Assembly: GCF_006345805.1 (NCBI RefSeq)
Contig: NC_042999.1
Span: 78,678,001 to 78,742,000 of the forward strand
DNA length: 64,000 nucleotides
Direction of reading: 5' to 3'
DNA from: Octopus sinensis
Lineage: Eukaryota
The position numbers and the translations under genes were made by a program. The notes under the pieces are model-generated. The model saw only the letters and a program-made list of their open reading frames with translations. It was not told the origin of the DNA and made no database searches. This document shows, one piece after another, positions 25,156-37,274 of the stretch. The number at the start of each line of letters is the position of its first letter. The stretch's first letter is position 1.

Positions 25156-25745
25156 AGGCGCAATGGCCTAGTGGTTAGGGCAGCGGACTCGCGGTCGTAG
25201 GATCGCGGTTTCGATTCCCAGACCGGGCGTTGTGAGTGTTTATTGAGCGAAAACACCTAAAGCTCCACGAGGCTCCGGCAGGGGGTGGTGGCGATCCCTG
25301 CTGTACTCTTTCGCCACAACTTTCTCTCACTCTTTCTTCTGTTGGCCTGCTCGCTTAGCCAGCGGGGTGGCGTCATTTGAAGGCTAAAACAATGCGAAGC
25401 GCATTGTGACCAGCGATGTGTAACAACATCTGATGGCCTGGTCAGTCACGGTGATCACGGTGATATATATAATATATATATTATATATATATATATATGT
25501 GTATATGTTTGTGTGTCTGTGTTTGTCCCCCCCCCCCCAACATCGCTTGACAACCGGAAAAAGACGAGCTGGCAGAATCGTTAACACGCCAGAATAAAAG
25601 CTTAGCGGCATTTCTGCTGCTGGGGCCTGCTTTGCCTTTCATCCCTTCGGAGTCGATAAAATACCATTTGAGAACTGGGGGTCGATGTAATTGACTTACA
25701 CCTTCCCCCGAAATTGCTGCCCATGCGCCAAAATTTGAAGCGAAA
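24770..25745 (+). mobile_element. Nested SINE cluster: B (24770-24940), A head (24945-25105), C (25154-25465), A body (25500-25556), B (25565-25745)
   Basis: Each segment matches other in-window copies of these families. Confidence 0.85.
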
Positions 25746-26940
25746 TTAGAGATATAGAAATCTTCAAAATGATAAACCAATCTTTCAGAGATTTATAAAT
25801 CTATGCATCAAAATAGAAATAAGGACCTTTATAAAACGTGGAATTAACATAAGTCCTGCTGGATATTTTAAAGGCAAACGAAATGAAGCTAATGTAAGTG
25901 GTGTTTCACATTTTATTGACAACTGTGATATTCGTCCCTGGTTAGATTTTACTTCAGATATTTTAAGCGGACCGATAACGAGACACTTTTAGGTAAACGT
26001 TCAATGCGCTTAAAATAGCAGTAAAATTGTTGTGTGAACGCCTTTAGACGATAAATATGTTAGTCCAATACGTATAAATAGTAGACGTGATAATTAGACG
26101 GGAAGCATCGTGTAGAGCGAGCCGGAGCCGTCTGTAGACTAGACGTCGAGTTCTGTTGAGTCGAGTCGTCGGAAGTGAGAGTTCGGTATTTGAGTAGAAG
26201 TATGTTATTGGCGAAGGCACGCCATCCGAACGTGCGATATAACAAAAATCTTTCTTAAATGATACCATACAAACTTAAAATAATACGAATGATACATTTG
26301 AATAATATAGTCCTGGATGTACTATAATAAAAATAAAGAATTGGAAGTTACGTTTAGAACGATTTCGTTAGTAAGAATTTGCTTGACTGGGGCTGACCCG
26401 GCGTTACTTTAACCATTTCTGAATACTTGTTGCTGAAGATGTTATGCTCATTTTAGTTGTCCAGTTTCCATTATAAGTAAATAGTAAGTTGATCAACGAG
26501 AGATAAGGAACACTCTTACTGGATAGAATTAAAGACAAAAAAAAAAAAAAGAAGAAATATATATACAGATCTTTGTTTTTCTTAGGAAAGAAAGAAAACA
26601 TCGTTGTCACAAAATCCATTCTGTTGTAAACCCAATGCAAGCATTCGCTTCACCTGAACCACGTACGAACGAATACAAGAACAGTACTTTTTAGAAATTA
26701 AAACAACAAAAAACAGAACAAAAACAAACTCCAGTGACCAGCCTAAACAACAGAAATCAATGATTTAAGACACATTCATTGATATATTCCTTTTATCTTC
26801 CTATTTACATATATCCACTAGCAACATTCATATCTACAACTCGTTCACAAACTGATAGCAAACAATCTGAGCAACCATATTTGATGTTAATTTCTTTTGC
26901 TTCTTTATTTATATATGCCTCCCACATACACACACAGATA

Positions 26941-26998
<58 letters not shown>

Positions 26999-27337
26999 AT
27001 ACATAATTTTACTTCTTTCTACGTTGTTTTCTTTCACTTTCTTCATCTTTAGGACTTCCTCTGAAATGATTGTGTGATATAACATGAGTTAGATTTGTGT
27101 TGACCAATTCTATCAGTGTTAGATAGCCTTTAGTATTGTAGACGATATTTCTGTTGCCTTCTTTCTCTGTAATTTTTTATAATGATTGTATAGAATAGAA
27201 AGCAGAGAGGGAGAGAGAGAGAGAGATGAACGAGAGAAAGCAACGAAAATAGCGTGAAAGGACCATAGCTAGGCATATATATATATTTACATGAATATAT
27301 GTGTACAGGGGACAGAGAAAGTGAAATAGAGAGAGAG

Positions 27338-27372
<35 letters not shown>

Positions 27373-27542
27373 AAGAGAGAAAGAGAGAGAGAGAAAGAGA
27401 GAGAGCACAGAGATTGAAAGAGATAAAGGTAGTTAATGTAATATAAAAACAGATAATATGGAGATATCTTGTAGCCAAGAAGGAAATATAGATTCTCACA
27501 ACAGTAAGAAGAAGAAAAAGAAGAACTACTACTACAACAACA

Positions 27543-27601
<59 letters not shown>

Positions 27602-27671
27602 CCCGACGGCGACATCACTATCGTCGGCGCAAGTGAAACCCTGAAATCAATTGGACAAAAAGAAGTCAGAG

Positions 27672-27703
<32 letters not shown>

Positions 27704-28165
27704 GTGGGGGAGAGAGATAGGGGAGGAGAGAGGTGGAGAGAGAGCGAGTGAAAAAAGCGAGAAAGACAGAGAGGTGGGTAAAAGAAGAGAGACACAAACA
27801 TGTCTGAATATTTTAGTGTCTAAGGGTAGAGATGTCTGCCATGTTTACGTCTTCTTAAGGAGTCGAATATGTAGCGATTGATCTTTTAGAAATAGCACCG
27901 ATTTACACGAAAATCAAAATTTTTCCCCTAAAAAAAGAAATTTGATTGATGCAAAATCTCGAGCTAGTCAAAACTGGAACCTATTTGGTCATATGTCTGT
28001 CCACTTGATCAAAGTCTCCCTCTCTCTTGCTCCCTTTTCCCCCTCTCTTTTTCTCTCTTTTTCTCTCTCTCTATATCTATCTACTATCTATCTATCTATC
28101 TATATCTGCATATGTATGTATTGTGTATTTACATGTATGTTTGAGTATAAATCTTCATACTCTAT

Positions 28166-28206
<41 letters not shown>

Positions 28207-28269
28207 TACACATACATGTGTGTTATGAATAAAAACATCTATCTATCTATCTATCTATCTATAAGAAAT

Positions 28270-28592
28270 ATAACATGTGACTTCATTGACCGAGGTTACC
28301 GTGGTCTTTTCCGTAGGCTTTTCTTTCCACGGGTAAACCTCACCTGTCCTCCCCTTTACACTTCATATTGACATTTCTGTGATAACGATCCCTATTGATC
28401 AATTTTTTTCCTTCCCCTTCCCCCCCACCTTTAAAAAAAAAAATTTATTCCCCCCTTTTTTTGTCCTCTTTCTTTCCCTTTACGATCCCTTTTGATCGAA
28501 AACCAAACCCCCTTTTTTTACCCCCAAAAGAAAAGGTCTACCTTGTAATTTGTCCTGTCTGTGTGCAGCCCTGTGTGGCTAATAAAGAAACA
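28270..28592 (+). mobile_element. 3' UTR of a Tx1-like LINE between (TATC)n tracts
   Basis: GGTTACCGTGGTCTTTT and TTTGTCCTGT...CCCTGTGTGGCTAATAAAGAAA resemble the 3' UTR of the Tx1 piece at 8660-8850 (minus). Confidence 0.65.
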
Positions 28593-29547
28593 TATCTATC
28601 TATCTGTCTATCTACCAATCTATGTATATATACATACATATATGTATATATGCACACATATATGTATATATGTGAGTGCTTGCCTGAAAGTCCGCGTGCA
28701 TGTATATGTAATGTAATATATAATGCTATGTAAGCTATGTCCACACTAAAAAAAGATAATATATAATAAAAGAAATAATTGTGAAATGGTCACAACTGGA
28801 TCACCTTTGATCGTAAATCTGCTCGATCAACGTTTACCTGGGGCTAAACAGCAACAACAACAACAACAAAAACAACAGTAATAATAATAGCACCACCACC
28901 ATCATTGCTAGCCACCCCGCCATCACCTACTGTCACCAACAACAATAACAACAGAAGTACAAGTCAGGACACAGCAAATAGAAAAGAAGAAACATTTTTT
29001 GTTTTCCTTTTTTTTTTTTGTTCATGACTTTCTATAAAGTATTGCATGACGTCAATAAGCGGTGGCTATCTGACAGAAATATCTGAATGTCGTTAGACAA
29101 TTGTATAAAACAGTGTAATTGGGTTGACTGTCTGCAAGACGTTAGATCAACAGCAAAGATTTTTGACGGCGGAATATAAACAACAATAATAACAATAATA
29201 ACAGAAATAACGACAACAACAACAACATCAACAACAAACAGCAGCAGCAGAAGCAGCAACTGGAATCACGAGGAAGAGAGGAACAAACGTAGGAAAACAA
29301 AATTGTACGAAACAACAGCTTTAACAGCAACTATAGACTGCAAGAATAACATCCACGACGTCGATAATAACGAGAAAATACAAAAGGAAGAAAGACAAAA
29401 ATGAACGAAGAAATATTTTAAGCGCAGTTAAAATTATCGCTGTTTATAAAATCATTTTTACTGGAGCCACATCACGATAGCAATAAAAGTTGAAATGTCC
29501 CACCACCACCGCCGCCGCCGCCGCCGCCGCTGCTGCTGCTGCTGCTG

Positions 29548-29591
<44 letters not shown>

Positions 29592-29616
29592 GTTCTTACT
29601 ACTTCCAATAAATATA

Positions 29617-29853
29617 TTGAGTTGGTGCATAATTATGGCGGTTTTTTCAACAAAATTTTATTCAACAAAAACAATAATAACATGTAGCAAAAGACATATT
29701 TAAATGATTATTCCGGAGCATATTCACCATCTACTTCAGTTACTGCTTTCCATTTGCTTGACAGACAGTCAGGCCGTCATTTAAAGATGTCTTTGTTAAA
29801 TATTGTTATTGTCTTTGTTGAAAAAAAGCCGCAATAATTATGCACCAACCCAA
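29617..29853 (-). mobile_element. Internally deleted mariner (MITE) with TA target duplication
   Basis: TIRs TTGAGTTGGTGCATAATTAT / ATAATTATGCACCAACCCAA flanked by TA; interior reverse-translates to LSSKWKAVTEVDGEYAP, a mariner C-terminus. Confidence 0.85.
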
Positions 29854-29924
29854 TAATTATTCTTTGAAAAAAATTAAAGTTCTAGGGTCGATTTAATAGA
29901 CTTATTGTTCACTGTGCGAGCAAG

Positions 29925-30105
29925 CAAAATGTTTGGCGGCATTCCTTCGGTCTTTACGATCGTTCTGAATTCAAACTCCACCGAGGTCGACTTTGCTTTC
30001 CATCCTTTCGGGGTCGATAAATTAAGTATCAGTCAAGTACTGGAACCGATGTAACCGACATTCCTCCTCCCCCAAAATTTCAGGCTTTGTGCCTGCAAGA
30101 GAAAG
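29925..30105 (+). mobile_element. SINE family B
   Basis: GAGGTCGACTTTGCTTTCCATCCTTTCGGGGTCGATAAATTAAGTATC, followed by (ATT)n. Confidence 0.8.
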
Positions 30106-30106
30106 G

Positions 30107-30169
<63 letters not shown>

Positions 30170-31150
30170 CATGGTGTTCACAAATGTTTTAGATTCAGAA
30201 TCAATGTCCTTGATACTGGCTCAAAACCAGTTATCTTAGACATAGAGGACCTTAGAAAATTACTATTTGTAAATCTCACAACGAGAGATATTCAGCAACA
30301 GTACTTTGGAGTAAAGATTGTTTGCCAACATAACATGGCAGTCCTGGTTTAGGACGAATGCTGCTGTAATTTAGCCCCAGGAGACATCGTCTCCAGCTGG
30401 CTATACGGCACGATCTGTGTACTTATATTTTTGATCAAGGGAATCTTGTTTTGAGCTGAGTTGGGGTGTTAGATTCCCTTGTTCGAAAATATAAGGACAC
30501 AGATCGTGTCGTATAGCCAGCTGGAGATGATGTCATCTGGGGCTAAATTACAGCAACATTCGTCCTAAATCAGGACTGCCATGTTATGCTGGCAAACAAT
30601 CGAGGACATTTCTTACAATCTTTGTCATTCCTAACAGAGAAGATTTTTGAATTGGTGCAACTCTCGTAGTTATACCAATTTCAATAAGGGAACTGTTAAA
30701 TCTGTTGGTGACGGTACCTAGAGCACGTAGAATAACTAGGATTACTTTTGTGCAAACCCTCCACAGTCATCGTATTTCTTAGGCCAAAAGCTGGTATTTT
30801 CCTATTTTCTTTTCTTTGACCGCTACATTCCTGACCGCAAATACACTCCCATCTATGTTGATGTAATAATTTCTGGTGGTCTGGAATAAATTTCGTGACC
30901 AGTCTGTACATTAAAATCCCACAAAACCTTAGACTGGTCATTCTCTATTACACTTTCTGGTTGAGGTTGATGTTCGTACCATTTCCTTCCTACTTCAAAT
31001 ATTCTTTGCTGTAATTTGCCAGAATGTAGTGTAATAGCCACACAGTAGTGTCTGTGTTTATATTCCTTCTGTGCCAAAAGACTACAGGAATTTGTTACTT
31101 GCAGAAATAGATTCCTCTTTCTCAATACATACTCTGTAATTTGCAAATTA
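30170..31150 (-). mobile_element. Degraded Dong/R4-like LINE 3' fragment
   Basis: ORF 30853-31146 CSLLAQKEYKHRH...KWYEHQP...VIENDQSKVLWDFNVQT parallels [13 protein letters not shown]...WYRHTP...ILWD of the 1924 element; TAA repeat at its 3' side. Confidence 0.75.
30316..30601. mobile_element. Foldback/MITE-like palindrome: 131-bp arms, 24-bp spacer
   Basis: 30316-30446 is the imperfect reverse complement of 30471-30601. Confidence 0.9.
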
Positions 31151-31661
31151 TTGAATTTTTGTTAGAAACGGTTTTGTTAATTCAACCAAAACCTCAAGGG
31201 ACTGGTTGGTTTCTTTCTTTCTCGTCCCGTTGGGGCCGAGATTTATTTGAAAAATCTTTAAATTTTGTTTTGAAGAAATGCTTTGCTTACAAACATGTTA
31301 GCTTCCATAGCCAATAAAATAAAGGGAAGTGCAATACGTGTCAAGATATCACCACTTAACCTGCTCATGAAAAGCAAGGAGGTCTTCCATCGTTGAAAGT
31401 TTTAAAAAGCAATTGCACCATAGCTATTGTGGCGAACGACAGTAGTAACAATAACAAGAGCCACAACAGCTACTGTTGCTGCTGCCGTTAATTTGGCTGC
31501 TGCCGCTAGTACTACATTAGCAAAAGCATCAATATTATCAGTATCAGTAACAGTAGCAAAGACAATAGAGGTAGTAGCAACCATAGTAACAGTAACAACA
31601 GCTTACAGAACACAGTGGCAATAGCAACTCGAACGATAGTAACAAACACCGACAGCAGAAG

Positions 31662-31855
31662 TGGAGGCGCAATGGCCCAGTGGCTAGGGCAGCGGACTCG
31701 TAGTCATAATAACGTGGTTTCGATTCCCAGACCGAGCATTGTGTGTGTTCATTGAGCAAAAACACCTAAGCTCCTCGAGGTTCCGGCAGGGTGGTGGTGG
31801 TGAACCCCGCTGTACTCTTTCACCACAACTTTCACTCTTTCTTCCTACTTCTGCC
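31662..31855 (+). mobile_element. SINE family C (3'-truncated)
   Basis: GGAGGCGCAATGGCCCAGTGG...GGTTTCGATTCCCAG head with A/B boxes. Confidence 0.85.
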
Positions 31856-32282
31856 ACAAAGCAGAGGAACCATGGTGTAACCCACTATGGTGTGGTAAAA
31901 CTTTCAGACCCTAGTCTAGATTGCGAATCTTCTGTACCCCAGGATGGTCCAGCTCTCCGCCCGTTAAAAGCCACCATTTACGGAATGAGGATAACAACGT
32001 AGCTTTCGCGCCCGTGCAACCGCCAGTCTATCGCGTGTAGTAGGTGGATCTTCAAGTTGCCACACGCATTCTTAGTAGCTTAGAGTAGGCTCGAATTAGA
32101 GATTATTCTTTGTGGCTAATGGCGTGAGTCCTGATTGGAAGAAGTAGACGGCAGCAGAACAAAAACAATACCATCACCACCAACAACAAACAGCATCTGT
32201 ATTGGCACCCTTGGCAAGTTTCTTTCGTGGGAGGGGTTTTCACAAGAGAGTCACACCACCTCTCTCTTGAAGACAAGCGGAA

Positions 32283-32327
32283 GAGTGAGTTAAGGGGAAT
32301 ACGGCGAGTATTCCCCTTAACTCACTC
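32283..32327. repeat. Perfect 20-bp inverted repeat with 5-nt loop
   Basis: GAGTGAGTTAAGGGGAATAC-GGCGA-GTATTCCCCTTAACTCACTC. Confidence 0.95.
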
Positions 32328-32362
32328 ACGGTATTTTATTGCTGCATATCGTTAGAAAACAT

Positions 32363-32588
32363 TTAACTCTAGCATTTAGATGGGCCATATCCGGCCCACA
32401 TACTCTACCTCTTTTGTGTTCAAACTGGCCAGATCCAGTCTCTCATCTGCTCTATAATGTCATTCTAAAGGTATACAACCGCATCACTGAAATTTTCAAG
32501 CTATGAGATAATGCATAATTAATTGAACACAGCGAGAACAAATAAGAATTACATTTGGCCAAGTAATCTTCATGCTGTGAAGGGTTAA
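32363..32588. mobile_element. piggyBac-like MITE with TTAA flanks
   Basis: TTAA-CTCTAGCA ... TGCTGTGAAGGG-TTAA; degenerate CCCT-type TIR. Confidence 0.6.
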
Positions 32589-33740
32589 TATACGATTAAA
32601 AGAAAGCGTAGCTGTATGATTAAGTCGTTTACTTCCCAATCACATGATAACGGGTTCGAGGCTCCTGCGAGGCATCTTCGGATAGTATTTACTACCAAAG
32701 TTTCACGTATACCTAAACCTTGCAAATGATGTTGCTTATGCGGAAATTATACGGAAGTCTGCTTGGTTGGTTTGTCTCTGTTCTTAAATAGTACGGAGAC
32801 AATTAAATCCGTTACCTAGTTTAATACAACAACGTGCACTTCGATATATTGAAGCTTTTCTTTCCGCTGCAGCAACTATGGAGCAGTCAAGGAAGGCCTT
32901 CAACCAAAATACAAATTGGCGCCGTCGTTCCCGTTCTTCCTTTAACTAAACCAAATCACTCCAACTAAGGAAAAAAAAAAAAAAAGAAAAAAGCCCAAAA
33001 ATCCAAACCTGGGAGATGGAGGTCATAGAAATCCCGTTAACTGGTAGCTTAATATTTCCTTCGCTACAACGATCACCCCCAAGTATTTCAGTAACACCCT
33101 AAATTGTGTAATATTATCTCAAGAGTATATTATAAACGGATCAGTGATCCGACATCTAAGGTTAAAGTGAGGTTTACATTGGATCAGTTTAGCTTCTCTT
33201 TTTTTATTACTGCATTTGTTTTCTAATACGCTTTAGTGTGTGTATGCGTGTGTGTGTGTGTTAGCAGGACAGCAAGATAATGTTAGGGATTGGAGCAGAG
33301 GAAAACAAAAGAACACAGAATGAAAGGGAGAGAGAGAGAGAGAGAGAACGGAAGCAAGATTGAGAGAGAGAAAGGAAGCAAGTTTGAGAGAGAGAGAGAG
33401 GAATCAAGATTGAGGGAGAGAGAGAGAAAGGAAGCAAGATTTAGGGGAGAACAAGAGAGATGGAGCAAGGTGTGTATGTGTGTGTGTGTAAGAGAGACAG
33501 AGAGACAGAGAGAGAAACAGAGAGCAAGCAACATGTTTTAAACAAACTCATGATACATGAAACTAGTGTTTCTTTTTTTCGTCTACGGTTACGCGCATGC
33601 ATATACATTCATACTCCATACAGGCACACAAACCTCTGCACACACACTCTCTCTCTCTCACACACTCTCTCTCTCACACACACTCTCTCTCTCACACACA
33701 TTCTCTCTCTCACACACATCATATACGTACATGCACACGT

Positions 33741-33809
<69 letters not shown>

Positions 33810-34136
33810 ATCTATCTATACATACATACATACATACATACATACATACATACAAACATATTCATACGTAAATGTATACATACATATATACATATATACG
33901 CACAGATATATACACATGTATATATATTCGTCCAAAGCTGATGATTCACTCTGTCGTTACTCGGAATATCTCACTTTTGAGTGTTTCCTCATGTAATGAA
34001 CACTCTAGCTCCTGTGTATGTACCCATACATACATACATACATACATACATACATACATACATACATACATACATACATACATACATACATACATACATA
34101 CATGCATACATATATACATACATACACACACACACA

Positions 34137-34167
<31 letters not shown>

Positions 34168-34172
34168 CACAC

Positions 34173-34220
<48 letters not shown>

Positions 34221-35198
34221 TACACATATAGATCTGAAAATGAGAGTTGAGAGTGTGCGTATAAGTGGTGATGCTTGTGAAAACGATATGAGAGGAATCA
34301 GAGAGAAATATATAGGGGATGGAGGGAGAGAGAGGGGAAAAGGCGACTTCGTGTGTGTGTGTGTGTGTGTGTGTTTGTGTTCGTGTGTGCGAGCGTGCGT
34401 GTGCGTGTGTGCTAAAGTATGGCTGAAAATGAGTGTTTAGCAGTCAAAGTGAAGGAATGTTTTCTTCCTGATTAAGTATTTCAACAGCATAAAAAAAAAA
34501 AGAATGTAAACAAAACAAACCCCCCACCCCGCATAAAATGACAATGTTTTAATTAAACATTCTCACTTGTAGAATTAATCTCGTGGGAACAGAATAGATG
34601 ATGAAAATAAAATAAAAGACAGATATAAATAAAAAGGTAAAACATTTTTGCTCAGATAAGATAATCATATACTGTGATGTTAAGGTAGTGGTAGTGGTAG
34701 TGGTGGTGGTGGTGGTGATGGTGGTGGTGGTTTCGGTGATGATGCTGGGTGGAACTAGATTTTTGAGGTAAAAGTGTAATAGATTTCTAGAAGCATATCT
34801 CTTTCCGGGGCGTTTTCTTGTATATACATATATCTGTCTCAACATAAAGGTTTCACTGGAATGGCTTCATATTGCGTTCTCTAAGCCCTTAAAAAAAAAC
34901 TCTGATCCTCCTTTATTTTTTATGCGTGAAATTGCCTATTTTGTGTTTCTTAATCAGACGTTATTCCACGTAAGTTATTCCATTTAGATAGTAGCAATTT
35001 TCTCTGTCATGTTCTGACCTGCTCTGGAAGGCAATGATGTCATTGTAAACTTCTAAAGATATCTTAGCACTCTGATTTTCAGTTCATTCTTTTTCCATTG
35101 TTATTTTCATGAAATTTATTCTTCCACCTTAATTTAACCGTGTCACTAGACTCCCGCATGCTCGATTTTATTGTCTCTTCTCTTCCCACCCTCTTCAG

Positions 35199-35410
35199 AC
35201 CTCACGCCTATGAGAACTTCTAATCGTTCCTCACCAGAACGTCGATCGTCTGGAATTTCCATCTCTACCTATCACATGTTTGCTTATGATGTTGTCAACG
35301 TACAACTGTTCAAGAGAATTATCAACCGCGTCGACCATAACAGTCTTGAAGGACCTGTGAAGACGATAGGCACAGTCTATTTCACGCACGCAGTAAAATA
35401 TAACGAGTAG
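35199..35410 (+). other. Candidate spliced (possibly terminal coding) exon of an unidentified gene
   Basis: Strong acceptor TTGTCTCTTCTCTTCCCACCCTCTTCAG; one frame open ~70 codons to TAG; unique complex sequence; AATAAA near 35615 and 35703. Confidence 0.3.
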
Positions 35411-37186
35411 ATCTACACGTTTGATATTATACCGATATAAGCTTTTGATTTATCGTTAGTCGTAACTAAACATTAGTACAAGGTATACATAGCCATCATG
35501 CAATTAGTGTTTAGGGAGAGTCAGTTGCTGGGGTGAAGGTAGTTGCACAGGTATTTTTTCTTAGTTAATAATGATTTGTTGTTTACTGAGTTTAGATGTG
35601 TTATAGTATGCTAAATAAAGGTCACAATTTAGGGTTGTTGGATAAGAAAGTCCGAAAAATCTGATTGTATGTATAGTTTAAGAATAATTTTTAAAAAAAC
35701 TAATAAAAGGCATTACCAGGTTATATTTCTTTTCAACTATCGTATTTGAGCAGGTTATAGATTTGTTATTTAATATTTTTTATCGCTAAAGACCCTTCTG
35801 ACCAAGTAACATTGGGGTGAGTTTGTAAAAATCGGTCATTAGCCGAAAATGGGAAAGCCTAAATAAGCTGTTCGGGAGAAGATTCTTAATAACATATTTA
35901 GGGTAGTTAGAATGTCTATTGATGTAATTTACTGTTTAGAATGATACGAGTAACAAAAATAATGGTAAAAATTCTTTGCGCTTACTTATTTACTAGGAGT
36001 CAAAAGATTTTAATTCAGGAAAGTCACATGCTTTTTTATATACCAAACCTTCTGACACATTTCTAACCAGAAACACATTACAAGGACTTGTCTTGTCAAC
36101 GTTAGCGACAAATTTGATGTATAATTATCCACACATACACACATATACTCGGATATATATGTATATTTACGTAGATATATATTTGTTTGTATATACATAT
36201 AAATGTGTGTGTATTTGTGTGTGTATATATGTATATGCATATAAATATGAATGTATATATATATATATAGTGAGAGAGAGAGAGAGAGAGAGAGGGAGGA
36301 TATTTGTGTATGGGTGTTGTGTGTGTGTGTGTCCGTGTATGTGTGTGTGTGTGTGTGTGGTTGTGGTGTGTGTGTGTGTGTGTGTGTGTCTGTGTGCGCG
36401 CATGTGCTACACAAGTAGTATACCACCACTGAAATTTCAAGATTTAAAAATCTAACCGCACAAAGTACAACCAAGAACTAATTTTAATTTATTATACATA
36501 CACACACACACACACACACACCACACACACACACACATATATAATATATATATATATTATATATATATATATATATATTATATATATCTATATGTGTGTG
36601 TGTGTGTTGTGTGTGTGTGTGTGTGTGTGTATATTATGTGTGTGTGTAAATAAATGTGTGTATGTGTAGGTGTATTTAATGATTGCCACGTTTTGTACCG
36701 CTTTTCAACAATGGTTTTCTCGCAACTTTCCAAGATCTCTTTAAGTTATCAATTTAAGTATCATTCTACTTCACCCCCAACCTTTTCTTCCCCTTCTTCT
36801 TATTTAAATTTACAAAGCGTATTTTGTCATCTTTCCACTCGACAAGTCAACTCTGCTTATCATCACCACTGAAAATATACCCCAACAAACATAACCGTCA
36901 CCATCACCACCTCCACCACCACAATCAGCAGTGATAACAACCATGAACAGCAATAATAATAATAATAATAATAATAAAAGAGCAAATGGTAGTAATGATA
37001 ATAATAAAAATAACAACGGAGATAGAAAAATTAGGAAACAGCAGTTATTACTCAAATTACCCAGTTACATTAATGTGTTCTATATTCCACCAAAATGGGA
37101 AATGCCAGCTGAAGAATAAACATACAAACACAATGAATTTTGGGAAGAGTGAGTGGTGGTGAAGAAAGAAGAGAAGAATAATGTGA

Positions 37187-37274
<88 letters not shown>

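Noticed and set aside
25154-25230. tRNA gene calls at SINE heads (also 18029, 37470, 41667, 46459, 55265)
   Set aside because: A/B boxes are present but there is no complete cloverleaf, and most continue into SINE bodies
32872-32970. Acceptor-like CTTTTCTTTCCGCTGCAG followed by short frames
   Set aside because: All frames stop within ~32 codons; nothing recognisable
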